DNA from: a virus
Lineage: Duplodnaviria; Caudoviricetes
Length of the DNA: 58,123 bases
IMG/VR virus record: IMGVR_UViG_3300028025_003736
Coordinates: 1 to 58,123 of that record
Strand: one strand, 5' to 3'
Below are positions 29,134 through 38,686 of the stretch, piece after piece. Position 1 is the first letter of the stretch, and every line of letters begins with the position of its first letter. Both the position numbers and the translations under genes were made by a program. Under the pieces are notes generated by a model. That model saw only the letters and a list, made by a program, of their open reading frames with translations, searched no databases and was not told the origin of the DNA.

Positions 29134-32100
29134 ATGGCATACTCAATTGGTCAGATAACTACAATACTGCTTAAGGCGGATAAGACAATGTACAAACTTG
29201 GAGATGTTGCATACGACAACATGTTTTCCGAGCTTGATGAGGCTTATGACTATGAAAGGGATATTATCTTTATCTACAAGAAAGCTGTTGAGTATGCAGA
29301 TGACTACTTTGTAGGAACACTTAAATTAGACCAGATTGTAGATAGGTTGGCTTCAAAGTTAAATATTTATGACTACGGAACACTCTCTCCTTTATATGTA
29401 GATGTTTATACACAAGTTGACCAGGGGCTAAATGTAATATATGTCCTAAAATCAACAGCGCTTAGTTTAGGGGCAGGACTTACAGGTGATTCGGACTTTA
29501 GCCAATCTGATATTAATATAAACTTAGACTACGCATACCTAGACACAGTGTATGTAATAGATGGCCGGACACTAACAATAAACGGAACAACATACGACCT
29601 AAGCGCAAATAGAACTTGGTCTGTTGGAACAGTAACTTCAGTATCAGCCTTAACTTTAGGTACAACAGGGACAGACTTATCTAGTACAGTTGCAAATAGT
29701 ACAACAACTCCCACTATAACATTAAACGTACCTACTGCATCAGCAACTAACAGAGGTGCTTTATCAAGTGCAGATTGGACTATATTTAATGGCAAACAAG
29801 GTGCGATAATCTTAACCACAACAGGCTCAAGTGGGTCATCTACGCTAATAGGAACAACATTAAATATTCCAAATTACACGCTAGGTGGATTAGGCGGTGT
29901 TCCTGCGTCAAGACAATTGACAATTAATGGTACATCGTATGACTTAAGTGCAGATAGAAGTTGGAATGTGGGTACAGTAACATCTGTAGACATGTCCGTT
30001 CCAACAGGGTTAACAATATCTGGTAATCCAATAACTTCATCTGGAACATTAGCAATAGGGTTAGCGAGTGGATACTCTATACCCACAACAGCAAATCAAA
30101 CTAATTGGACTACTGCATATAATGATAGCATAGTAAGTGCAGCAGTTACAGGAACAACTACTAAGACATTAACTTTAACACAGCAAGATGCAGGTACAAT
30201 AACAGCATCTTGGACAGATATAAATACTGATGCAGTAACTTCTGTTTTTGGCAGGACAGGGGCAGTAGTGGCAGCAGAAGGGGATTATACATTAACTCAA
30301 CTTGGAGATGTAACAATCACAACACCATCAACAAATCAAGTATTAAAATATAATGGAACAGCTTGGGTAAATAGTGCAGATACCGATACAGGTATTACTT
30401 CACTAAATGGATTAACTGCATTAACTCAAACTTTTGCAACAGGAACAAGTGGTTCTGATTTTAATATTTCAAGTGGCACTTCTACACATACGTTTAATTT
30501 GCCTACAGCAAGTGCAACTAATAGAGGTCTTTTATCTACTTCTGATTGGACATTATTTAATGGTAAAGAATCTGCTTTAACATTTTCTTCTCCATTAAGT
30601 AGAGCAACAAATACAATAAGTATCCCTGCTGCTACAACTTCTGTGAATGGATATTTAACTTCTACAGATTGGACAACCTTTAATAATAAGGTAGGTGGTA
30701 GTGGAACAAGCGGTCAGATAGCTTATTGGAATGGTACTGCAACACAAACTGGTTCTGCTGATTTTGCTTGGGATAATACAAATAAATATTTAGTTTCTAA
30801 TATAGGTCTTAGTGGATATGTTAAACTTGCACAAACAGGATGGAATAGCGGATTCATTCAAACTGCTTATTCTAATTTTATATTTGGTAGCAATTTGAGA
30901 TATGATGGTACTCAATGGATATACGACCAATCTGGTTTTGGTGTACAATTTCAGGCAGATAGTTTTAATGGATATTTGCAATTAAATACTGCAACAAGCG
31001 GAACAGGTGGAAATACTGCTACAATTAATCCAAGACTTAGAATATTAAATGATGGTAGAACTTTCTTAGGAACTTCTATTGTTACAGATGATACCACAAG
31101 TTCTTTACAAGTTGGTGGAAGTGGTAGGTTTACAGGAACTTTAAAGTTAGATACAATAAATGCAGCTACTACAGATACAGATAAATTTTTAGTATCTGAT
31201 GGTGGTATTATTAAGTTTAGAACAGGAACAGAAATATTATCAGACATAGGTGGTCAAGGTTCTTTAACTCTAACTACTACAGGAACAAGTGGTGCTGCAA
31301 CCTTAATAGGTAACACATTAAATGTTCCTCAATATGAAGCAGAAGGTAATTATGTTACAACGGCAACTACATTAACCATCAATGGAACTACTTATGATTT
31401 AAGTGCAAATAGAAGTTGGTCTGTAGGTACAGTTACTTCTGTAGGTCTTTCAATGCCTGTAGCTTTTTCTGTTTCCAATACACCAATTACATCAAGCGGT
31501 ACTTTAGCGGTAACAGCAGTCGGTACTTCTTCTCAATATATTCGTGGAGATGGTCAATTAGCAACCTTACCAAGTGGTTCAAGTGGTGGTAGTTCTGTTA
31601 ATTACTACCTAAATGGTAGTGTTAATCAAGGAACTATTGGTGGAAGCGTTTACTATGAAATGAATAGGAGTGCTATTATCGGTGTTGGAACTGATTTTAC
31701 AAGAACAAATGGTAGTGGAAATGGTCTTATAGCACAATTTATTACTGATGTAGCAGACCCAAATAGATTAGAAATACCTGGTGGTGCATGGAACTTTGAA
31801 ATGTATTTTTCAGCTTCTTCAAGCGGTGGAAGTCCTACATTCTATGTTGAATTATTAAAATATAATGGAACAACATTTACAAGTATTGCTTCAAATGTAT
31901 CAAATGCTGAAGTAATAACAGGTGGTACAACTATAGATTTATATGTATCATCTCTTGCCGTTCCTCAAACAACATTACTTGCAACAGATAGATTAGCAAT
32001 TAGGGTTTATATAACTACAAGTGGTAAGGATATAACCTTACACACAGAAGACAATCATCTTTGCGAAATAATTACAACTTTTGCTGGAGGTGTAAGTTCA

Positions 32101-34545
32101 CTAAACGGATTAACTGCTAACACACAATATTTTGCAGTAGGAACAGCAGGAACTGATTTTGCAATTAGTTCTTTATCGGATACGCATACATTTAATCTCC
32201 CTACTGCATCTGCAACAAATAGAGGGGCATTAAGTTCTGCCGATTGGACAACATTTAATGGTAAGCAAAACGCTATAACATTAACTACTACAGGAACAAG
32301 TGGGGCTGCAACATTAGTAGGTGCAACTTTAAATATACCACAATATCAAGCAGCAGGTACTTATGTTACATCGGTTACAGGTACAAGTCCTATTGTATCA
32401 AGTGGAGGTACAACTCCTGCTATTTCTATTCCTGCTGCGACTACATCTGTGAACGGATATTTAACTTCAACAGATTGGACAACATTTAATGGTAAGTTTA
32501 ACCTTCCATCCCTTACAAGCGGTTCAGTCCTATTCAGCAACGGCACAACCATAGCACAAGACAATGCTAACTTCTTTTGGGATGATACTAATAATAGATT
32601 AGGTATAGGTACTGCAACTCCATACTCAAGATTATCAATTAATGGAAACGCTGCAGATTTTAACTCTGCAAGTACAAAAATATCTGTATATGCTGATGGT
32701 TCTTCTACTTATGGTATTGGATTTTCAAAATATACGAATTATGGATTAGGTCTTTTCTCGGCTAATAATTTTACAGATTCTCCAAGAGTATTTATTGAAA
32801 GTACAGGTAACGTAGGTATAGGTACTACAAGTCCTGCTGCTAAATTAGAGGTTGCTGGAGATATTAAAGTATTAAGTACAGGTGCAGCTATTTATGCTTC
32901 AACTGAAGGTGTATATTTTGCTGGTACTGTAAATGGAAATTATTTATCATTTTCAACTAATAGTGCCGAAAGAGCAAGAATTACAAATGGTGGTAACGTA
33001 CTAATAGGTAATACAACAAATAGATTAAGGTTAACGGTTAGTGGTGCTGATGCAAATGCACCTACATTAGGAACTGCAAGCGGTACTACTGTTTTTGCAA
33101 ATGCAGCAGTTACTACACAATATGGTATGAACTTCGGCATATCAAGTTCGGGATATGGGTGGATTCAACAACATAGATTTGATGGTACTGCAACTGCATA
33201 CGCATTAGCATTACAGCCAAGTGGTGGTCGTGTATTGATAGGCACAGCAACAGACAATGGCACAGATAGGTTGCAGGTAAGTGGGAGTTCCACATTCTCA
33301 AGTAGTGTAACGGCAACACAGTTTAATGGCAAGTTATATACAGGTGCAACATATAATTTTGAAGGTGGATATTTTGGAAAATCAAGTGGAAATGGTGGTG
33401 CTTTATTAGAATTATTAGGACATGGCGGAGTAAGTACATCAAATGGGTTTGCTCTTAGATATGATACAGATGTTAGCGGAAATTTATTATTTCAGTATGC
33501 AGGTTCTCAAGCTACATATGGTGCTTTATCATACTCTACGATATTACAATTAACAAGTGCAGGTGCAGCCACATTTAGTTCATCTGTAACGGCTTCATCA
33601 CTTATTAAGAGTGGTGGTACATCAGCACAAATATTAGCAGCAGATGGTTCGGTAATAACAGCAGGAACGAACATCACAATAAGTGGTGGAACGATAAGTG
33701 CAAGTGGCGGTGGTACAGTTACAGGAACAGGAACAACTAACTACATACCTAAATTTACAGGTGCAAGTGCATTAGGGGATAGTGCAATATCACAATCAGC
33801 AACTGGCAATAGAATATTGATAGGTGCAACTGATGATACTACAAGTAAATTAAGGGTAAGTGGTGCAACAAGAACATCAACATTGATTGTTGATGCAGGT
33901 ACTGCATCTGTAGCACCAATAAACTTTACATTATCAAGTGCTGCATTAATGACAAACAACCTCGCTGGAGATGTAGAGGTTAATAGTGCTGGTCATTTAT
34001 ATTATAGTTTTTGGGATGAAATTAGGGGTGTAGTAAATGCAGAACAGTTCTTAACAAATACATCTACATATACACTAACATCTACAATATCATCACAAAA
34101 ATTATTTAACGTAGGGCCATTATCTGGTAATGCTGGGGCATTAACTGTAAAGCCTTCTACGACATATTTTTTTGAATGTATGTTTTCATTAACATCAATG
34201 AGTTCTACAAGTGGTAGTGCAAGATTTGATTTAAAAGGTGCAGGAACAGCAGGGGTATCAAGTACAGCTTATTCTGCAACTGGAATTGATATAAGTACTA
34301 TTACAAGTAGTAATTTTCTTAATGGAGTATTTAGCAATAGTATAATTTCTACAGAATTAGTTACTGGTGGAGTTGGAACAGGTATGTGGGTACAAATTAA
34401 AGGGATATTTAGAACTAACGGTACTGCTGGAACAATAATCCCATCAATTCAATTAGTAACGGCAGCAGCAGCAATAGTAGGTGTTAACTCATTTTTTAGA
34501 GTATATCCAATAGGCTCAGATACTGCGAATTATCAAGGTCAATAA
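29134..34545 (+). CDS. long tail fibre protein
   Basis: 1803 aa, T/G/S-rich, internal repeats, NRLGIGTATP and GNVGIGTTSP fibre motifs common in Bacteroidetes phages. Confidence 0.88.
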   Translation: MAYSIGQITTILLKADKTMYKLGDVAYDNMFSELDEAYDYERDIIFIYKKAVEYADDYFVGTLKLDQIVDRLASKLNIYDYGTLSPLYVDVYTQVDQGLNVIYVLKSTALSLGAGLTGDSDFSQSDININLDYAYLDTVYVIDGRTLTINGTTYDLSANRTWSVGTVTSVSALTLGTTGTDLSSTVANSTTTPTITLNVPTASATNRGALSSADWTIFNGKQGAIILTTTGSSGSSTLIGTTLNIPNYTLGGLGGVPASRQLTINGTSYDLSADRSWNVGTVTSVDMSVPTGLTISGNPITSSGTLAIGLASGYSIPTTANQTNWTTAYNDSIVSAAVTGTTTKTLTLTQQDAGTITASWTDINTDAVTSVFGRTGAVVAAEGDYTLTQLGDVTITTPSTNQVLKYNGTAWVNSADTDTGITSLNGLTALTQTFATGTSGSDFNISSGTSTHTFNLPTASATNRGLLSTSDWTLFNGKESALTFSSPLSRATNTISIPAATTSVNGYLTSTDWTTFNNKVGGSGTSGQIAYWNGTATQTGSADFAWDNTNKYLVSNIGLSGYVKLAQTGWNSGFIQTAYSNFIFGSNLRYDGTQWIYDQSGFGVQFQADSFNGYLQLNTATSGTGGNTATINPRLRILNDGRTFLGTSIVTDDTTSSLQVGGSGRFTGTLKLDTINAATTDTDKFLVSDGGIIKFRTGTEILSDIGGQGSLTLTTTGTSGAATLIGNTLNVPQYEAEGNYVTTATTLTINGTTYDLSANRSWSVGTVTSVGLSMPVAFSVSNTPITSSGTLAVTAVGTSSQYIRGDGQLATLPSGSSGGSSVNYYLNGSVNQGTIGGSVYYEMNRSAIIGVGTDFTRTNGSGNGLIAQFITDVADPNRLEIPGGAWNFEMYFSASSSGGSPTFYVELLKYNGTTFTSIASNVSNAEVITGGTTIDLYVSSLAVPQTTLLATDRLAIRVYITTSGKDITLHTEDNHLCEIITTFAGGVSSLNGLTANTQYFAVGTAGTDFAISSLSDTHTFNLPTASATNRGALSSADWTTFNGKQNAITLTTTGTSGAATLVGATLNIPQYQAAGTYVTSVTGTSPIVSSGGTTPAISIPAATTSVNGYLTSTDWTTFNGKFNLPSLTSGSVLFSNGTTIAQDNANFFWDDTNNRLGIGTATPYSRLSINGNAADFNSASTKISVYADGSSTYGIGFSKYTNYGLGLFSANNFTDSPRVFIESTGNVGIGTTSPAAKLEVAGDIKVLSTGAAIYASTEGVYFAGTVNGNYLSFSTNSAERARITNGGNVLIGNTTNRLRLTVSGADANAPTLGTASGTTVFANAAVTTQYGMNFGISSSGYGWIQQHRFDGTATAYALALQPSGGRVLIGTATDNGTDRLQVSGSSTFSSSVTATQFNGKLYTGATYNFEGGYFGKSSGNGGALLELLGHGGVSTSNGFALRYDTDVSGNLLFQYAGSQATYGALSYSTILQLTSAGAATFSSSVTASSLIKSGGTSAQILAADGSVITAGTNITISGGTISASGGGTVTGTGTTNYIPKFTGASALGDSAISQSATGNRILIGATDDTTSKLRVSGATRTSTLIVDAGTASVAPINFTLSSAALMTNNLAGDVEVNSAGHLYYSFWDEIRGVVNAEQFLTNTSTYTLTSTISSQKLFNVGPLSGNAGALTVKPSTTYFFECMFSLTSMSSTSGSARFDLKGAGTAGVSSTAYSATGIDISTITSSNFLNGVFSNSIISTELVTGGVGTGMWVQIKGIFRTNGTAGTIIPSIQLVTAAAAIVGVNSFFRVYPIGSDTANYQGQ
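29569..32492 (+). repeat. modular peptide repeats in tail fibre shaft
   Basis: LTINGTxYDLSAxRxWxVGTVTSV x3; PTASATNRGxLSxxDWTxFNGK x3; LTTTGxSGxxTLxGxTLNxPxY x3; ISIPAATTSVNGYLTSTDWTTFN x2; SLNGLTAxTQxFA...THTFNL x2. Confidence 0.85.
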
Positions 34546-34561
34546 TAATAAAACAAATACA

Positions 34562-34885
34562 ATGACAAACATTCAATTTCAGCTAAATCCTTCGCTCCCG
34601 TTTATTAACGTAGAAGCAGTTAAAGGGTATTTTTACGTTCAGTACCCAAGTGGACTTTCTTATTGGGCAATCCAAGATGATAAAGGAACTAACCTTAAAG
34701 ATGGTAATTACACCTTTAGCCAAGAAGTTTTGGCACAGTGGACAACCTCTGACCAAGTTCTTATTGATGACATCCTTGCTGCTGCCCCTTGGATTGTGGT
34801 AGATAACACCCCTATTCCTCCAGCCCCAGAGCAAACACCAGAGCCAGTATCAGAAATCGTATCTGACGTAGAAGTTTCTGAATAG
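34562..34885 (+). CDS. tail fibre-associated small protein
   Basis: LKDGNYTF...WTTSDQ pattern and P/E-rich tail; directly after the fibre gene. Confidence 0.5.
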   Translation: MTNIQFQLNPSLPFINVEAVKGYFYVQYPSGLSYWAIQDDKGTNLKDGNYTFSQEVLAQWTTSDQVLIDDILAAAPWIVVDNTPIPPAPEQTPEPVSEIVSDVEVSE

Positions 34886-34930
34886 TATATAATAATTATA
34901 TGTGTATTCTGACTGAAATATAAAAAAAAT

Positions 34931-34961
34931 TTTGGTCAGAATCCTTATATATGTACCTTTG
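34931..34961 (+). promoter_or_regulatory. Bacteroidetes primary-sigma promoter
   Basis: TTTG (34931-34934), 19-nt spacer, TACCTTTG (34954-34961); overlaps an inverted repeat at 34906-34942. Confidence 0.65.
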
Positions 34962-34983
34962 AGTATACACAAAATCTATAAAA

Positions 34984-35421
34984 ATGGCAAAAGTAAACAG
35001 AACAAACAGCGAACTATTGAACTTAGTTCAGGTTATTAATATCCTTCTTAGGGATGATAAGTTTAAACAAAACAACACAAAAGGAGTAAAGAAGCTTCAA
35101 AAAATTGGAGAGAAAATAAAGCCTTTTCTAGATTTGTACAATGAAAAAATTGAAGATTTAAGGCTAGATAACGCAAATGTAGATGCAAGTGGGAGTCTAT
35201 TATTCAACGAAAAAGGAGAATATTTGTTTTCAAAAGATGGTCTTAAAAACTTGAATAAGTCTATAAAGTCTCTATTGAATGAAACATTTGAGTTCTATCA
35301 ATTAACATTCTCAACAGAAGGAATTGAGGAATATGATTTTTTAAATGGATGGGTAGAAGGACTTGATTTTCAACAAGTTGAAGATGTTTCATCTGATGTA
35401 ATTGAGGCAGAAGTTATTTAA
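34984..35421 (+). CDS. hypothetical helical protein
   Basis: 145 aa with good start context, own promoter and downstream terminator. Confidence 0.6.
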   Translation: MAKVNRTNSELLNLVQVINILLRDDKFKQNNTKGVKKLQKIGEKIKPFLDLYNEKIEDLRLDNANVDASGSLLFNEKGEYLFSKDGLKNLNKSIKSLLNETFEFYQLTFSTEGIEEYDFLNGWVEGLDFQQVEDVSSDVIEAEVI

Positions 35422-35444
35422 GTGAAAATTTAATATATATAGTT

Positions 35445-35476
35445 AAAGGCTCCTATCTTTGGGGCCTTTTATTTTT
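35445..35476 (+). terminator. intrinsic terminator
   Basis: AAAGGCTCC-TATCTTT-GGGGCCTTT followed by TATTTTT. Confidence 0.7.
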
Positions 35477-35514
35477 AGCACAATAAACACATTTTAAACA
35501 ATAAATCTAATATA

Positions 35515-36144
35515 ATGAAGTATCATATAATATATTCTGGGATTATACTAGTCTTGGCTATAGTATTATTTAGGTCTGAATGCAGCATGTCTGATAATAT
35601 TAAAAATGAGATAAAGATAGATGGGAAGAAGTACGATGTAATAAAGACCGATACAGACACAGTATTTGTAAAAGTAAATCCAGATGTTGTATATAAATCT
35701 GGTAAAAATATATACCGGGACACTACGATATATAGAGATGTACCATCATTTGGATTGTCTGACGCAGGTGCCGAGGTTATTCAACAGTACTACGACTCTA
35801 TTTTGATGTCTCACTTTGCTACAAACGTATATATTGATACCATAAAATTCGGGAAGTATGGTAGCTTGTACATTAAAGATTCTATACAAGAGAACAAAAT
35901 ACTGTCTAGGGAGTCAAATTCTGACCTAATGTTCCCTAGTGTAACAAATACTACAATAGTTAAGGAAAAGCCCAAGAATCAGCTATATTTAGGTGCTAGA
36001 GGCATATTTGCAAATGGCGCAGTATCTGGAGTGGGTACAGGCCTTATTTTAAAGTCTAAGAAGGACAGGTTGTATGGTGTTGGGGCTATTATAGACGGTA
36101 AAAAAAATATTAACTTTGCCTTAGATTTTTATATTAAACTATAG
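35515..36144 (+). CDS. membrane-anchored lysis-region protein (spanin candidate)
   Basis: N-terminal hydrophobic helix, DTV/DTT/DTI repeats, C-terminal amphipathic beta strands ending FYIKL. Confidence 0.5.
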   Translation: MKYHIIYSGIILVLAIVLFRSECSMSDNIKNEIKIDGKKYDVIKTDTDTVFVKVNPDVVYKSGKNIYRDTTIYRDVPSFGLSDAGAEVIQQYYDSILMSHFATNVYIDTIKFGKYGSLYIKDSIQENKILSRESNSDLMFPSVTNTTIVKEKPKNQLYLGARGIFANGAVSGVGTGLILKSKKDRLYGVGAIIDGKKNINFALDFYIKL

Positions 36145-36150
36145 GGTAAT

Positions 36151-36489
36151 TTGGAAAATTTTATTAAAAACTTTTTAGGAGGTGGATGGGTAGTATTACT
36201 CATTGGAGCAGCCGGTATGGTTGCTAGACTTGTTACAACAAACGAGAATCAATCGGGTATTGATGTAGTAAAAAAGATGGTAAGCTCTATTATAGCATCT
36301 CTTATTGCTTGGTTTGTCATGGAGCAGTTTGAGATAAACTCTATGTATAAGGCCGTTGCTTATGGTCTAGTTGGATTAAATAGTCCAGAGATTATAAATG
36401 GAGTTTTAAAGATAAGTGGGCAATTCGCAGCAGACCCAATGTCATTTATAAAAAAAGAGAAACCTAAACCAACAAGAAGAAGAAAATGA
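36151..36489 (+). CDS. holin-like membrane protein (about 3 TM, basic C-tail)
   Basis: Hydrophobic segments WVVLLIGAAGMVARLV, SSIIASLIAWFVM, AVAYGLVGL; KPKPTRRRK tail; TTG start. Confidence 0.55.
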   Translation: MENFIKNFLGGGWVVLLIGAAGMVARLVTTNENQSGIDVVKKMVSSIIASLIAWFVMEQFEINSMYKAVAYGLVGLNSPEIINGVLKISGQFAADPMSFIKKEKPKPTRRRK

Positions 36490-37145
36490 AAAATACACTA
36501 CTAATCATATTAACTGCTATAATATTAGCAATAGCAGCATTTGGAAAATATGTAGAAAACACTATTAAGCAAACGGCTATAAGCGTTTATGAGGACAGGT
36601 TAGTACCTCAACCATATTTGAGCCGAAAGTTTGATTATTACGGCTCAACAATACAAGACCAAATTAAAGTTATAAAGGGCGGTAAGATAGACTTGGTTGC
36701 AATCCAAAAGGAAAAAGACATAACAGATACAATGTGGGCAGCCTATCTTAGAACTTACCAAACAGGAGATGAAAAAGAGGTAAGCGACAAAGCTCAAATA
36801 TTTATTGATACGGCAGATGCTTGTTTTGAAAATATTTCAGCAGACGGTATTGTTACAGATGATGAGGCAAAAGAAATGGATGCAAAGATTTATCCTGTCT
36901 TAAAGTATGTAAATGACTTAATAGACATCCAAACAACTATTGGAGCAAGAGATACCAAGGGGATGATTGAGCTTCTTGATAAATTTGCCAATTTTATGAT
37001 AGGAGCTATTGCCATTGCTGTTGTTCTTTTAGGTTCTATCGTTTACGACATGCTTAAAAAACCTATTTCGACAAAGAGAGTAGTAAGGAAAGTTATAAAA
37101 AAGGCACCAGTTAAAAAAGCAGCAGTTAAAAAGAAAATTAAATGA
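36486..37145 (+). CDS. stand-alone chemoreceptor four-helix-bundle (4HB_MCP-like) sensor with two TM helices
   Basis: TM1, SVYEDRLVP, WAAYLRTYQTGDEKEV, IYPVLKYVNDLIDIQ, TM2; no HAMP or signalling domain; Lys-rich tail. Confidence 0.75.
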   Translation: MKNTLLIILTAIILAIAAFGKYVENTIKQTAISVYEDRLVPQPYLSRKFDYYGSTIQDQIKVIKGGKIDLVAIQKEKDITDTMWAAYLRTYQTGDEKEVSDKAQIFIDTADACFENISADGIVTDDEAKEMDAKIYPVLKYVNDLIDIQTTIGARDTKGMIELLDKFANFMIGAIAIAVVLLGSIVYDMLKKPISTKRVVRKVIKKAPVKKAAVKKKIK

Positions 37146-37576
37146 GGATAATATTTATTATATTATTTTTTATTGCTTTAGAATCAAAGGCTCAGTATTA
37201 TATTATGGCTGCACCTAACGTAGCTTTTGATACGCCACTGAGAGATACTAAAAACCTATTAGGTGGAACAGTTGAGGTAGGAAAGTATTTTGGAGATATA
37301 GCAGTTGGGATTAATAGTGGTTGGTGGACTTATGATAGTAAGGATTTTTACCAGGAACTTATGGTTACATTTCCTATTTACGGAAGGTTTAGTATAAGTT
37401 CAGCCATTGGGTATTTTTACTATTATAAGGATATTACTATGGAATATGACTTAAATTATACACTACCTTTGAAAAAAGAATATTCATTTGTTTTTAGTTA
37501 TGGCGCTCAAAGTGCTTTTGGTGGAACATTTGGCTCTTATTCCGTAGGTATTAATAAAGATTTTAAAATAAAATAA
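37142..37576 (+). CDS. small outer-membrane beta-barrel protein
   Basis: Signal peptide ending SKA/Q, about eight alternating aromatic/Gly strands, terminal strand YSVGINKDF. Confidence 0.7.
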   Translation: MRIIFIILFFIALESKAQYYIMAAPNVAFDTPLRDTKNLLGGTVEVGKYFGDIAVGINSGWWTYDSKDFYQELMVTFPIYGRFSISSAIGYFYYYKDITMEYDLNYTLPLKKEYSFVFSYGAQSAFGGTFGSYSVGINKDFKIK

Positions 37577-37577
37577 A

Positions 37578-37838
37578 ATGAAAAAGTTTTTTAATTTTAT
37601 AGGAGGTTTCTTTTCTTCGGATAGTAATAACTCATCTAAAAGACTTGTAGGTATTATTGGTGCTCTAGTACTATTTTATACACTATGGGACAATTCAAGG
37701 TCTGAGGCACATATTGCTCCAGCAGAATCTCTTGTATGGGGCACTGTAACCCTTGTTGCCGTTTCTCTTGGACTTACCACTGTGGAGTCTATTGGGAATC
37801 TAATTAATTCTTTTAAGGGAAATAAAAAAGAAGATTAA
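37578..37838 (+). CDS. holin-like 2-TM protein
   Basis: SSKRLVGIIGALVLFYTLW and LVWGTVTLVAVSLGLT; immediately upstream of the endolysin. Confidence 0.6.
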   Translation: MKKFFNFIGGFFSSDSNNSSKRLVGIIGALVLFYTLWDNSRSEAHIAPAESLVWGTVTLVAVSLGLTTVESIGNLINSFKGNKKED

Positions 37839-37840
37839 CA

Positions 37841-38440
37841 ATGAATACTAGTAAGCTAAATGTAAAAATACCACCAGCAGTCTTAGAAGAACTTCCTTCT
37901 GTGATGGAGAAATTTTCAATAAATACTCCACTAAGGCTTGCTCATTTTCTTTCTCAGGTAGCTCACGAGTCTGGGAACTTTAAATTTCTAAAGGAGAACT
38001 TAAACTACGGAGCAGCAGGTCTTAGGACTACATTCCCAAAGTATTTTAAGGATGATATTACAGCAAAACAGTATGAAAGAAATCAAGAGAAGATAGCTAA
38101 CAGAGTATATTCAAGTAGGATGGGAAATGGAGATGAGGCATCTGGAGACGGATGGAAGTTTAGGGGAAGGGGGTATATTCAGCTTACTGGTAAAGTAAAC
38201 TATACAGAATTCGATAAAGTAGTAGATGATGATATATTGTCTAATCCAGATTTAGTATCAAATAAATATCCACTATTATCTGCTGCATGGTTTTGGAATA
38301 GCAGAAATTTAAACGAATTAGCGGATAAAGGAAATACAGATTTAGATGTCACAAATATTACAAAAAAGGTCAATGGAGGAGTACATGGACTAGCTGACCG
38401 TATATCTAAATTTAAACTGTTTATCGTTGAACTTGTGTAG
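37841..38440 (+). CDS. endolysin, glycoside hydrolase family 19
   Basis: LAHFLSQVAHESG, ENLNY, GDGWKFRGRGYIQLTGK, SAAWFW, TKKVNGGVHGLADR. Confidence 0.93.
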   Translation: MNTSKLNVKIPPAVLEELPSVMEKFSINTPLRLAHFLSQVAHESGNFKFLKENLNYGAAGLRTTFPKYFKDDITAKQYERNQEKIANRVYSSRMGNGDEASGDGWKFRGRGYIQLTGKVNYTEFDKVVDDDILSNPDLVSNKYPLLSAAWFWNSRNLNELADKGNTDLDVTNITKKVNGGVHGLADRISKFKLFIVELV

Positions 38441-38503
38441 ATTCACAAGCATATTGCGTATATATCTATACATGATTTATATTTGTATATATATGTAATT
38501 AAA

Positions 38504-38686
38504 ATGAATCAAGACTTTGACATATTAGGGATTCCATCAACAATCATGACCTGGTTATTCTTTTTTGATGTAGTCAAAATCAACCCTTTAGTTACATTCT
38601 TCGTGAGTATTATGTCTTTGGTTTGGTTATCTTTGCAGATATACGGCTGGATTGAAAAGCGTATAAATAAAAATGGCAAAAAATAA
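38504..38686 (+). CDS. small membrane protein (holin/antiholin candidate)
   Basis: 60 aa from ATG 38504; hydrophobic core and basic C-terminus; promoter box at 38478. Confidence 0.5.
   Translation: MNQDFDILGIPSTIMTWLFFFDVVKINPLVTFFVSIMSLVWLSLQIYGWIEKRINKNGKK

Noticed and set aside
22078-33959. Numerous minus-strand ORFs inside the cargo and fibre genes
   Set aside because: Antisense shadows expected from codon bias; none has a recognisable motif
29134-34545. Diversity-generating retroelement or invertible cassette acting on the tail fibre
   Set aside because: No reverse transcriptase or invertase gene, and no adenine-specific template/variable repeat pair seen
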